IMG/VR virus record: IMGVR_UViG_2841629896_000001
Origin: an uncultured virus (IMG/VR IMGVR_UViG_2841629896_000001)
Taxonomy: Duplodnaviria; Heunggongvirae; Uroviricota; Caudoviricetes
Length of the DNA stretch: 64,000 nucleotides
Strand: one strand, 5' to 3'
Each line of letters starts with the position of its first letter. Position 1 is the first letter of the stretch. Below are positions 1 through 8,121 of this stretch, one piece after another. The notes under the pieces are model-generated. The model ran no database searches. It was not told the origin of the DNA and saw only the letters and a list, made by a program, of their open reading frames with translations. Both the position numbers and the translations under genes were made by a program.

Positions 1-276
1 ATGGGTAAAATTCAAGCACGCATCCCTGATGAAGTTCAGGAAGTTGCAAGCGCAGTTATTAAATCCGCGGGCTTAACTGTATCAGATGCGGTCCGTATGT
101 TTATGACCCGTATTGCTAGAGATAGAGCATTGCCACTTGATCTATTTCAACCTAATCCGGAAACATTGCAGGCTATTGAGGATGCTGAAATGGGACGTGT
201 TGAACGTACGTCATTGGATGGTTTGCGCGCCATGATTCGTGATGATAAAGCCGAAGTATGTAAGTCTGAAAAGTGA
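1..276 (+). CDS. RelB/DinJ family antitoxin
   Basis: IQARIPDEV...GLTVSDAVRMFMTRIA...PNPETLQAI signature; upstream of YafQ-like toxin. Confidence 0.9.
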   Translation: MGKIQARIPDEVQEVASAVIKSAGLTVSDAVRMFMTRIARDRALPLDLFQPNPETLQAIEDAEMGRVERTSLDGLRAMIRDDKAEVCKSEK

Positions 277-288
277 CTTTGGCTAGCG

Positions 289-570
289 ATGCCGGAAATT
301 ATTTATACTAAATCTTTTCGGCGTGATCTGAAACGTGAAAGTAAAGGGCGATATGCTGATACATTAGAGACAGATTTGCTGGTTGTGATCAAAGCATTAG
401 CGGAAAACGAACCCTTAAAAATGCAGTGGAGAGATCACGCACTAACAGGGCAATGGCGAAACTGTCGTGATTGCCATATTAAACCAGATCTCGTTTTGAT
501 CTATCGAAAGCCTGATGATGAAACTTTAGAACTTTTACGGCTTGGTTCACATTCTGAACTGCGTTTATGA
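289..570 (+). CDS. yafQ: YafQ family mRNA interferase toxin
   Basis: RDHALTGQW..CRDCHIKPDLVLIY...RLGSHSEL motif. Confidence 0.9.
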   Translation: MPEIIYTKSFRRDLKRESKGRYADTLETDLLVVIKALAENEPLKMQWRDHALTGQWRNCRDCHIKPDLVLIYRKPDDETLELLRLGSHSELRL

Positions 571-600
571 TAATTTTTCAAGTTTTTGAAAACTATTGTT

Positions 601-2655
601 TTAAATCTTTAATGTAGAAATAAATGCTTCATTCCTTAATTTTGCATCCGCCACTAAATCACTCCACTCTATTATTTCAACGGATCCTCGAAAATCACCT
701 TGTAGAGGATTAGTTCTCCCTCGCCCATTAGCTGTTTTCTGCCATGTTGACGTTTGCGTTTTAAGTTCACCTTCTATATCAGCAATAATATAACAATAAA
801 AAACACACTGCTCTGAAATATTTATTTTTTTATTATCCAATGTCTTTATACTTTTTCCTTTAAGTTCATTGAGGTATTTGTTTATTTGATTCATGGGGGA
901 GTAACCCGCTTTATATTTTTTCTGACCTGGTCTTTTAAACTCCACCAACATTAACTTATCCAGATCTGCATCAAGACGACCTTCAAGTCCTAAAGCATAT
1001 AATTGATCATAACATAATAAATCAGGACGACCTTTTTCTGTACTATTCTTTGCGATTTTTTTGATAGGCATATCCGAAGCGAAGTATCTTGTAAATGTTA
1101 ATCGCTCATCAATAATCCATAAATCATGCGTTAAATTTTCTTGAGATTTAGGATCATCCCCCCTAACACGCATTGGACAAATAAGTTCATGCAACGTTTT
1201 CTCTAAATGCGGTACGTCTTGACCGTTAACATTTTTCTTAACCTCTATTACTAATTCTCCTAAAATATCAAGTATAACTTTACGACGGATAACATACTCT
1301 GCTAATTGTCTTGTTTCTTCATCTTTAACTTCTTTTGCAAGTTCAGAAACTTTCTCGGAAAAGCTATATGTATTGGTATTCCCTTCAGTAATTTCACGGT
1401 ATATTTTTTCAATTCTCAAATTTTGCTTTTTTTCTCTCCTAAGCTTATGAATAGCCAGTGTCTTAACAAAGTCTTCTGTATCCTTTGCAGATTTGGGAAG
1501 TTTTTCTAATAATTTTTCATAACTATCAAAACAATACGAAGGGTGTGTTCTACAAAATTCTTTTAATTTATTTAAACGTTTTTCTTCGTAGTCTTTATTT
1601 TCTGGAGCAAGAACGCTATTTACAATATTATTAGCAACGGAACGTAAAATATCTTTCAATATTTTATCCTTAAAGGAAAAATGCGTTCTTTCTTGATTAA
1701 CTCTATCATCTAAATACTGACCACTTATACAACCATGATACACCAACCCCTGATCTCCAAATTTTCCGAAACCAATAAGGTTATCTATACTTTCAGTAGT
1801 AACAGTACGGTCATGTGCGAAAAGATGCAGATAGTGGTTCTTCCCTTTAAAGTTACGGTTAGCATCTGCCATGCAAATAAAATTACGAATTTTTAATAAA
1901 CCAAAATCTGCGGTTTCAAGTGTAGTATCTCCTCTATTTTCTACTAAATATTTTTTAACTTTCTGTGCTAAATCAACAGACATCTGATCATCACAAAAAG
2001 TTATTTTAGGAAGTTGTTCTAAAATTAAATCTGAAAAAAAATGTGCCCCAATATGATCGATAATTGCTTCAGTTTCACGTGGAAAGTGTTTTTGATACGC
2101 AGAATCTCTTAAACCAGTAAAAATAATTTCTGTTCCCGTTATCTCTTGATTAATAAGAGGTATTTTTGAATGATCAATAATTTGGTTTTCTTCATCTAAA
2201 CAAAACTTAAAGCTTCTTTGGTAAAGCTGATCTTTTTCGAAGAATACACTGTTAACCCGTATTTCATGAAAGGCATCCAACCATAGCAGCCGTCCAACCC
2301 CTTTTCCTCCTTTTTTAAATTTAAAATTAGTATCCACAGTACGAAAAGCTTGAAAGTGCTCATCATCCAACCCTATACCATTGTCTTTAATTATAATTTC
2401 AAGTGATTCATTATCCTCTATATCGTTGATTTTTATATCTATATTACCTGCGCTTCTGTAATCCTCTTGCTTAGAATCTTCAAGCGCATGAATAGCGTTG
2501 CTTACCGCTTCAAAAACAGGCTGCAAAGCTTCCATTTCAGTGGATGGTTTAGGAAAACGACAAACCCTTCCAGCAAGATTTTCTTTCATAGAAAACTTTT
2601 CAGTTTTATTTTTTTCTTGTTTTTGAACTGAAACACTTCTCATAATTATTTCCAC
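601..2655 (-). CDS. GHKL (HATPase_c) ATPase fused to a C-terminal PD-(D/E)XK-like nuclease; start uncertain
   Basis: FEAVSNAIHA, KDNGIG, GGKGVGR, GTEI motifs; C-terminal RPDLL...VEFKRPG. Confidence 0.75.
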   Translation of the reverse strand: MEIIMRSVSVQKQEKNKTEKFSMKENLAGRVCRFPKPSTEMEALQPVFEAVSNAIHALEDSKQEDYRSAGNIDIKINDIEDNESLEIIIKDNGIGLDDEHFQAFRTVDTNFKFKKGGKGVGRLLWLDAFHEIRVNSVFFEKDQLYQRSFKFCLDEENQIIDHSKIPLINQEITGTEIIFTGLRDSAYQKHFPRETEAIIDHIGAHFFSDLILEQLPKITFCDDQMSVDLAQKVKKYLVENRGDTTLETADFGLLKIRNFICMADANRNFKGKNHYLHLFAHDRTVTTESIDNLIGFGKFGDQGLVYHGCISGQYLDDRVNQERTHFSFKDKILKDILRSVANNIVNSVLAPENKDYEEKRLNKLKEFCRTHPSYCFDSYEKLLEKLPKSAKDTEDFVKTLAIHKLRREKKQNLRIEKIYREITEGNTNTYSFSEKVSELAKEVKDEETRQLAEYVIRRKVILDILGELVIEVKKNVNGQDVPHLEKTLHELICPMRVRGDDPKSQENLTHDLWIIDERLTFTRYFASDMPIKKIAKNSTEKGRPDLLCYDQLYALGLEGRLDADLDKLMLVEFKRPGQKKYKAGYSPMNQINKYLNELKGKSIKTLDNKKINISEQCVFYCYIIADIEGELKTQTSTWQKTANGRGRTNPLQGDFRGSVEIIEWSDLVADAKLRNEAFISTLKI

Positions 2656-2846
2656 TTTTTTAGCTAATAATACTAAGAAATATGCCTATTAAACGCACCT
2701 AAATTAATAATTTGTTATTATAGAGCAAATTGTTAATTTTTTGAAAACCACTGTTTGAGATGTGCAAAGATATTGTCTATGGATCCATTAGACGCGCGAA
2801 ATTGATAATTCATTTGCTAAACAGTTTTGCACATTTCAGAGTGTAT

Positions 2847-3077
2847 TTAGAGTCGGATATTTGGTTTTTGTGTAAAAATATTTTCTACAGCATCTATAAG
2901 ACGTGAAAAATCAAGTGCTAATAAGAGTATAATGAGTACAATCCATTTCGTATAACGTGACATCACTTTTATACTTTTGTAGGTCATGATGATTTCTTGA
3001 AGGATTTCTTTTTCTCCTTCTGTAAGCTCTATATCGTCTTGTGTTCTTTTCCTAGCCATGTTTCCACCCACATACAC
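2847..3077 (-). CDS. Small membrane protein at end of lysis cassette (possible holin)
   Basis: Single hydrophobic segment; follows spanin-like genes. Confidence 0.4.
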   Translation of the reverse strand: MYVGGNMARKRTQDDIELTEGEKEILQEIIMTYKSIKVMSRYTKWIVLIILLLALDFSRLIDAVENIFTQKPNIRL

Positions 3078-3255
3078 GTTCGCCCTGCTTGTTATGCTTT
3101 AAGATCTCTCTTGCTAAGCTCGAACTGATGACGTTGACATCTTTTCTCTCTAAATAAATTGGTAACCAACCAACACAAGAGACATACTTATTTGTTACGC
3201 AACCAGCGAGAGAGAGCAGCACGCACATCAGCATCACTTTTCTGATTAACTTCAT
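3052..3255 (-). CDS. Lipoprotein, o-spanin (Rz1)-like
   Basis: LAGC lipobox; overlaps the upstream membrane protein gene in the lysis cassette. Confidence 0.6.
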   Translation of the reverse strand: MKLIRKVMLMCVLLSLAGCVTNKYVSCVGWLPIYLERKDVNVISSSLAREILKHNKQGERVCGWKHG

Positions 3256-3415
3256 TTTCCACCTCCAGCCGTGTTGTTGCTGCCTTTAAGGTTTTTTCTG
3301 TTTGCTTTTGCTGTTCTGCCTTTTTCCCAAGGGTGAAAGCTTTGGCTAAAGCTATAAAAAAAGCGGCTAGAGCCGCGCCTGTTAATAGCAGATTTCTTTT
3401 CATCCATAAGATCAT
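3188..3415 (-). CDS. i-spanin (Rz)-like membrane protein
   Basis: N-terminal TM helix plus coiled-coil-like segment, directly after endolysin. Confidence 0.55.
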   Translation of the reverse strand: MILWMKRNLLLTGAALAAFFIALAKAFTLGKKAEQQKQTEKTLKAATTRLEVENEVNQKSDADVRAALSRWLRNK

Positions 3416-4086
3416 AGGCGGTGTTCCTGAAAACGTTTAGCAACAAAGAAAAGACCAACACCTGCAGCTAAAACCATGATAGTGGCGAGCGCCCATTGCA
3501 CTGGACCATTGCCTGCTAATAAGCCTCCAAGCCCAGAAAAAGAACCAATGACTGGAGCAAGGGCTTCGGCTTTGAAAATCCCGGTTTGCGCTTGCGTTTC
3601 TACGGTTTGGTAATTCGAGGAAACATAAGCACCTTTCGCCCATAATCCTGCTTCTGCTGCACGTCGGTGTACAAGACCTTGCAAACGTTTACCACCCGCT
3701 TTGGTCCATTTCTGTAATTCGGTTGGAATTGCTTCATATTCACCGTTATTGAGTTTTTTTAATAGGGTCGAATTGCAAAACGCTGTTGTTCCTACATTAT
3801 AGCAAAACGACACTAACGCCGCGAATTGTTCATCTGTTAATGAAACCGTAACAGCGCGTTCAACAGCATTCTCAAATTGTCTTAAGTCTTGGCAAAGAAG
3901 TTCTTCTGCTTGCTTTTCAGTGATTGTCATGCCTTCGTAAATAAAAGGCTTTCCAGCACTGTTTGTATGTCCATAACCGATTGTCCACACCCCAATGGCG
4001 TCTTTATAGGCATTGAGACGCAAACCTTCCCATTGTTTAATCAGTGCTAGTCCTTCTGATGATATTTTTCGCATATGCTTCTCCAT
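3412..4086 (-). CDS. Phage endolysin (GH24 lysozyme) with hydrophobic C-terminal tail
   Basis: EGLRLNAYKDAIGVWTIGYGHT catalytic E-D-T motif; GLVHRRAAE. Confidence 0.92.
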   Translation of the reverse strand: MEKHMRKISSEGLALIKQWEGLRLNAYKDAIGVWTIGYGHTNSAGKPFIYEGMTITEKQAEELLCQDLRQFENAVERAVTVSLTDEQFAALVSFCYNVGTTAFCNSTLLKKLNNGEYEAIPTELQKWTKAGGKRLQGLVHRRAAEAGLWAKGAYVSSNYQTVETQAQTGIFKAEALAPVIGSFSGLGGLLAGNGPVQWALATIMVLAAGVGLFFVAKRFQEHRL

Positions 4087-4233
4087 AAAAAAAGCTCCGC
4101 AAAAAGCAGAGCTGGATTAAAAAATTGATATTTTTCCCATTTGAAAGGATGGCTTGTTAAAACCTATGTAGCTTGTTCATTGGAACAAAAGAATGTATTT
4201 GACATTATCTATTATGTAGCATATAAACTACAA

Positions 4234-4536
4234 ATGTTTATTGTTAAAAAAACACACTATTTTACAGAGTGGTTAGACTCGTTAAAAGACAAACAAGTGC
4301 AAAAGAAAATTGCTGCACGTATTTTCCGCCTTGAATATGGGCTTCTAGGAGACGTGAAATATTTCCGTGGCATTGGTGAACTAAAAATAAATTATGGACC
4401 AGGCTATAGGATTTATTTTGTAAAACAAGGGAAACAAATCATTTTGTTATTAAATGCTGGTGATAAATCCACACAACAAAAAGATATCGAAAAAGCCCTT
4501 CAATTAGTAAAGGAAATGAAACATGGAAATTACTAA
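4234..4536 (+). CDS. RelE/ParE-superfamily toxin (HI1419-type addiction killer)
   Basis: GDVKYFRGIGELKINYGPGYRIYF...GDKSTQQKDI; start reassigned to ATG 4234. Confidence 0.85.
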   Translation: MFIVKKTHYFTEWLDSLKDKQVQKKIAARIFRLEYGLLGDVKYFRGIGELKINYGPGYRIYFVKQGKQIILLLNAGDKSTQQKDIEKALQLVKEMKHGNY

Positions 4537-4843
4537 ATTTGATGTAAGTGAATATTTTAATACACCTGAAGACTTTAAGATCTTATTAGATGATGCTTTA
4601 GAAACCAAAAATAGTGGCTATATTGCACATGTATTAGGTATTATTGCGCGTAAACAAGGAATGACAACTGTTTCTCAAGAGACAGGACTAAATCGCGAGT
4701 CTCTTTATCGTTCTTTAAGCGATAAAGGTGATCCACGCCTTTCTACTTTTCTTAGTGTGTTAAGTGCATTAGATTTACAAATGAGTTTAACGCCTATCCA
4801 AAAGAATAGTAAAGAGCAAACAGCTTTAGAAGAAGCCTCTTAA
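4523..4843 (+). CDS. HTH antitoxin (HI1420-type addiction antidote)
   Basis: GMTTVSQETGLNRESLYRSLSDKGDPRLST. Confidence 0.85.
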   Translation: MEITKFDVSEYFNTPEDFKILLDDALETKNSGYIAHVLGIIARKQGMTTVSQETGLNRESLYRSLSDKGDPRLSTFLSVLSALDLQMSLTPIQKNSKEQTALEEAS

Positions 4844-4845
4844 TC

Positions 4846-4873
4846 CCCTCCCCATTTTTGAGAACGAGGAGGG
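4846..4873. terminator. GC-rich hairpin between convergent TA and ant cassette 1
   Basis: ctccccattt / aacgaggag inverted repeat; related hairpins close all five cassettes. Confidence 0.5.
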
Positions 4874-4886
4874 AGTATATATTTAC

Positions 4887-5165
4887 TTAAGCAACCTTTT
4901 TAATGGGGTTATCTAAATCTGGATTATAAGTGCGCAATAAAGAATCCATGCTATGCGGTAACTCTGAAGCTCCAAAATCTGTAAGAATTGCTAAAATCTT
5001 TGTAATATTGGGTAGTTCATTTTGAAGTTTTAAAACTAAAACTTTTTCTATCAATTCCATAACTTCAACTATGGCATTACAATTTTCATCTCCAATGCCT
5101 CGATGATTGGAAAATTTAAACAGTGCCAACCACAAATCGCACAAGAAGTTGGTATCTATCTTCAT
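4887..5165 (-). CDS. Conserved 92-aa protein (MKIDTNFLCDLW...) coupled to ant, copy 1 (divergent allele)
   Basis: ATGA overlap with ant stop; four paralogs in window. Confidence 0.8.
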   Translation of the reverse strand: MKIDTNFLCDLWLALFKFSNHRGIGDENCNAIVEVMELIEKVLVLKLQNELPNITKILAILTDFGASELPHSMDSLLRTYNPDLDNPIKKVA

Positions 5166-5899
5166 TGTACACCTCCATGGATTTGTTCTCTCAAACATGC
5201 CAATCCTCTGGATGTGATTTTCGTTGAAGGGAGTACCTTTTCTGTACCATCCGGTCTTTGAATGGTGATAGCAGGACAATCCATGAATCCTTTCTTGATT
5301 TTATCCTGATAAGGTAATAGAGGCGCCCCTGGAGCCCGTCGATAGACCCAATCATTTTTACGCAAGTAATCTGTTAAATCCTTTGGTCGCACCTCTAACA
5401 TTTTTGCTGCTTCGATTAAACCAAACAAACCATCAGAACGTTTTAAACCTTCTAAAGCTTCTGCTTTTGGAGTTAGTTCTGCAATAACATGGTCTTTTTG
5501 CTCGATTTGGCTTTGTAAGTGATTCAAGACACCCAGTAAGGCTTGGGGAGTTGAGTAATCGATTTGTGGTGTTGCTACTTTTTTCAAAAGCTGTTCACAT
5601 TTGATAAAGTATTGACGTGCTTCATGTCCTTTATCATTACGCTCGATCATCGAAAGGTGTTTAGCCATGTCTAAGGTTAAGTAATATTCTTTACTGATAA
5701 TATTTTTACGTTTCTCATTTTTGAGAAGGGTAAAAATGAAGTCACGATTTTCTCGAAAATTACATTCTTTAATACGACGAATAATCCAATCTGCAAATTT
5801 AGAATTAATCTCTAAAAATGCATGCAAATCACGTGCGTTAACAGTTTGAACAGTTTCTTGATCAATAACTTGTTCTTTAATTTCTATAAGAGTGTTCAT
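5162..5899 (-). CDS. Antirepressor-like protein, AntA/AntB N-domain plus KilAC (ANT) C-domain, cassette 1
   Basis: VNARDLHAFLE...EYYLTLDMAKHLSMIER; C-terminal PKAEALE...KITSRGL. Confidence 0.88.
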   Translation of the reverse strand: MNTLIEIKEQVIDQETVQTVNARDLHAFLEINSKFADWIIRRIKECNFRENRDFIFTLLKNEKRKNIISKEYYLTLDMAKHLSMIERNDKGHEARQYFIKCEQLLKKVATPQIDYSTPQALLGVLNHLQSQIEQKDHVIAELTPKAEALEGLKRSDGLFGLIEAAKMLEVRPKDLTDYLRKNDWVYRRAPGAPLLPYQDKIKKGFMDCPAITIQRPDGTEKVLPSTKITSRGLACLREQIHGGVQ

Positions 5900-6172
5900 G
5901 TGAACTCCTATGCAGTTAGACGTTTCTTAATGACACTCAAAAAGAGTGCCGGGTGCTAAGAAACACGGTGCATAGTCCGTCGTCACGCTTTTCCCAAAAG
6001 GGTATTTTATGGCACAGCCACACCCGACAAAACCATTATATGCGTGTAACATATAACGAGTCAAAGTTTTTAATCGGCGGAGAAAAGATTGTATCGGCAA
6101 TCTATCCGCTGTGTATTTAAAGTGTTTCTTAGGCACCTGATTCGATTATTCATATTTTCGCCATATTGTCAA
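5900..6172 (-). promoter_or_regulatory. Tandem promoters with a1-b1 and a2-b2 target sites, cassette 1
   Basis: TTGACA (6172-6167) and TTGACT-N18-TATAAT; b2 overlaps SD AGGAG. Confidence 0.75.
5948..6028 (-). ncRNA. C4-like antisense RNA, copy 1 (b'=CUAUGCA, a'=GUUUCUUA)
   Basis: Closing stem GUCGGGUG/CACCCGGC; ACGG-loop-CCGU hairpin; loops complementary to flanking a/b sites. Confidence 0.8.
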
Positions 6173-6210
6173 GCGGCTTTCGAGATTTTTTACATTTTTG
6201 CTAATTTGGC

Positions 6211-7518
6211 TTATCTATCTTCCTCGTCCATATGGATAACGCCTTCGCCTTCATCACATGCGTTAGGTGGGGCGTTTGGATCAAGGGTATCATCTTTATC
6301 TGGTGTGGTATTGGCTACGTTTTTTGCAGCGTCTTCTTGGGTTTCATCAAAAAGTTCACAATCTATTTTTGTGGTGTAACCACCTGTTTTATCAAGCTTG
6401 TGTTTGACGCTTTTGATGCGCCATTCTGCTGGAATATAGGGGCGGAAAGGGGGCTCATGAACAAGCTTTGCTTCTGCTTGCACAAAGGGATCACCACCAA
6501 TATCACATGAGAAAGAAGATTTCCCACGTGATGATTTGTTGCGATAAGCAGCAATAGCCGCAACAGCTTCTGATTGATTGTGGTAGGTGTATTTGAGTTC
6601 ATGAAACGGTGCTTGACCAACCTTGACTTCCTTTTTTTCACCAGTGCGGATATCATGATAGGTGGCAAGTACACCGCCCTTTTTCTCTTCTTCTTGCTCT
6701 TGATTTTCAGGTGTTTTGGCTTCCGTCTCTGCTTTAGGCAAATTGGGGGCGTCACTTTTATCCATATGGATCACATCTTCGCTGTCATCAACTTCTTCTG
6801 GTTCTCGTGCATCAGCGGCGGCTTTTTGGTCATCTCCTGCATCTGTTGCTAAGCCATTGGCGGCACCTGCTTCATCGCGTGCACTGTATTTAAAATCCCA
6901 AGAGGTACATTGTTTTTCATGGATGACAACGACGGGCAGTGTTTCACCAGTGATGGCTTTGCCTTCACCCCGTTTAGCCAAAACAAGCTTGCCATCAACG
7001 GGTTTTGCTACCGCATCATAGTCTTCTGCAAGGCGTGTGGCAAAAGCCATATCGCTCTCAGAAGTTTGATCAATGTGACGCACAACAATTTTTGCAAGAG
7101 CAGGATCAACTTTGGGGGTATAGCCATTGCGCTGTGCTATCTCTTGAATGATATTGCCAAGGGTTTGCTGGTGATAGGATTGGCTTTTGGGTGTTCTATA
7201 AGACGTGTTCATGGAGGCGGCGCGTCCTGTCACGCTTAAGCTTTGTGGGGGGCTGCTTACAGAGATTTCATCAATCAGATAGGCTCCCATATCCCGATTT
7301 TTACCGCCTTCATAGCCAAGTGTGACAGAAATGATTGTTCCGATGAGAGGAATATCAAGAAAGCCATTGTCGCTCTCACGCGCGCGGTCATCAAGTTCTA
7401 TGGTGATGCGGTCGCTTTTATCTTCTGCTTCATCCGTAATTTCAATCGACAAAACATAGTCCATAAGTATGCGTGTAATATCTTCTCCATTTGCCATTAC
7501 TGTGCAAAAAGGTTTCAT
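6211..7518 (-). CDS. Phage late control/baseplate hub protein (P2 GpD-like)
   Basis: SIEITDEAEDKSDRITIELDD; HIDQTSESDMAFATRLA; ATGA coupling to gpX. Confidence 0.85.
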   Translation of the reverse strand: MKPFCTVMANGEDITRILMDYVLSIEITDEAEDKSDRITIELDDRARESDNGFLDIPLIGTIISVTLGYEGGKNRDMGAYLIDEISVSSPPQSLSVTGRAASMNTSYRTPKSQSYHQQTLGNIIQEIAQRNGYTPKVDPALAKIVVRHIDQTSESDMAFATRLAEDYDAVAKPVDGKLVLAKRGEGKAITGETLPVVVIHEKQCTSWDFKYSARDEAGAANGLATDAGDDQKAAADAREPEEVDDSEDVIHMDKSDAPNLPKAETEAKTPENQEQEEEKKGGVLATYHDIRTGEKKEVKVGQAPFHELKYTYHNQSEAVAAIAAYRNKSSRGKSSFSCDIGGDPFVQAEAKLVHEPPFRPYIPAEWRIKSVKHKLDKTGGYTTKIDCELFDETQEDAAKNVANTTPDKDDTLDPNAPPNACDEGEGVIHMDEEDR

Positions 7519-7739
7519 GATTGGCTGCCCCAAATTCTAATCACCGGTGTGGCTTTGGGATAGGGGAGGATTGGCAAAACGATTGTGATGCCTGCTTTTA
7601 AAATCGGTCCATAGTCTGCAAGACCAAAATTTGCTGCATAAACGTGTTCAACAGCAAGAGCTTGTTGACCCTTGGCATAATATCTCCAGCAAATGGCATC
7701 AACCATATCGCCTTCTTTTGTCACGTAAAGATCACTCAT
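7515..7739 (-). CDS. Tail protein X (P2 GpX-like)
   Basis: TKEGDMVDAICWRYY; synteny U-X-D. Confidence 0.85.
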   Translation of the reverse strand: MSDLYVTKEGDMVDAICWRYYAKGQQALAVEHVYAANFGLADYGPILKAGITIVLPILPYPKATPVIRIWGSQS

Positions 7740-8116
7740 AGCTCTTCACCATATTCTCTCAATTTTATTGTAAATTCTTGTTTTTTTGGGGTCCCATTTT
7801 GGTGAAAAATGCTTTGCTTTTCTTCTACAGAAAGAATGACAAACTTTCCTAAAATTTTTCCCTGACCCGTCACAAGAATATGAGGACCATTATGTGCCAT
7901 TTGTCGCAAATATTCCAGTTGTCTATAACCGCCTTTAAAATCTGGATAGATCACACCGGTTAAAGAAAATTCCGCATTTGCAACGGCAGGCAATTGAAGT
8001 GCTGCTTTGCGCCCCAAACGCCCTTGCTCGACCCATGGAACACCATAAGACATGTCAAGGGTTTGATAAGCGGCCGTTTCAATGGAAAAGATAAAACTAC
8101 CCAAAGCTAACATCAT
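7736..8116 (-). CDS. Tail protein U (P2 GpU-like)
   Basis: MMLALGSFIFSIETAAYQ...GKILGKFVI. Confidence 0.85.
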   Translation of the reverse strand: MMLALGSFIFSIETAAYQTLDMSYGVPWVEQGRLGRKAALQLPAVANAEFSLTGVIYPDFKGGYRQLEYLRQMAHNGPHILVTGQGKILGKFVILSVEEKQSIFHQNGTPKKQEFTIKLREYGEEL

Positions 8117-8121
8117 GATGT

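Noticed and set aside
5927..6136. Small ORFs running through the C4-like leaders (also 35880-36065)
   Set aside because: Length varies from 15 to 69 codons among copies, there is no SD, and conservation is explained by RNA structure and promoters
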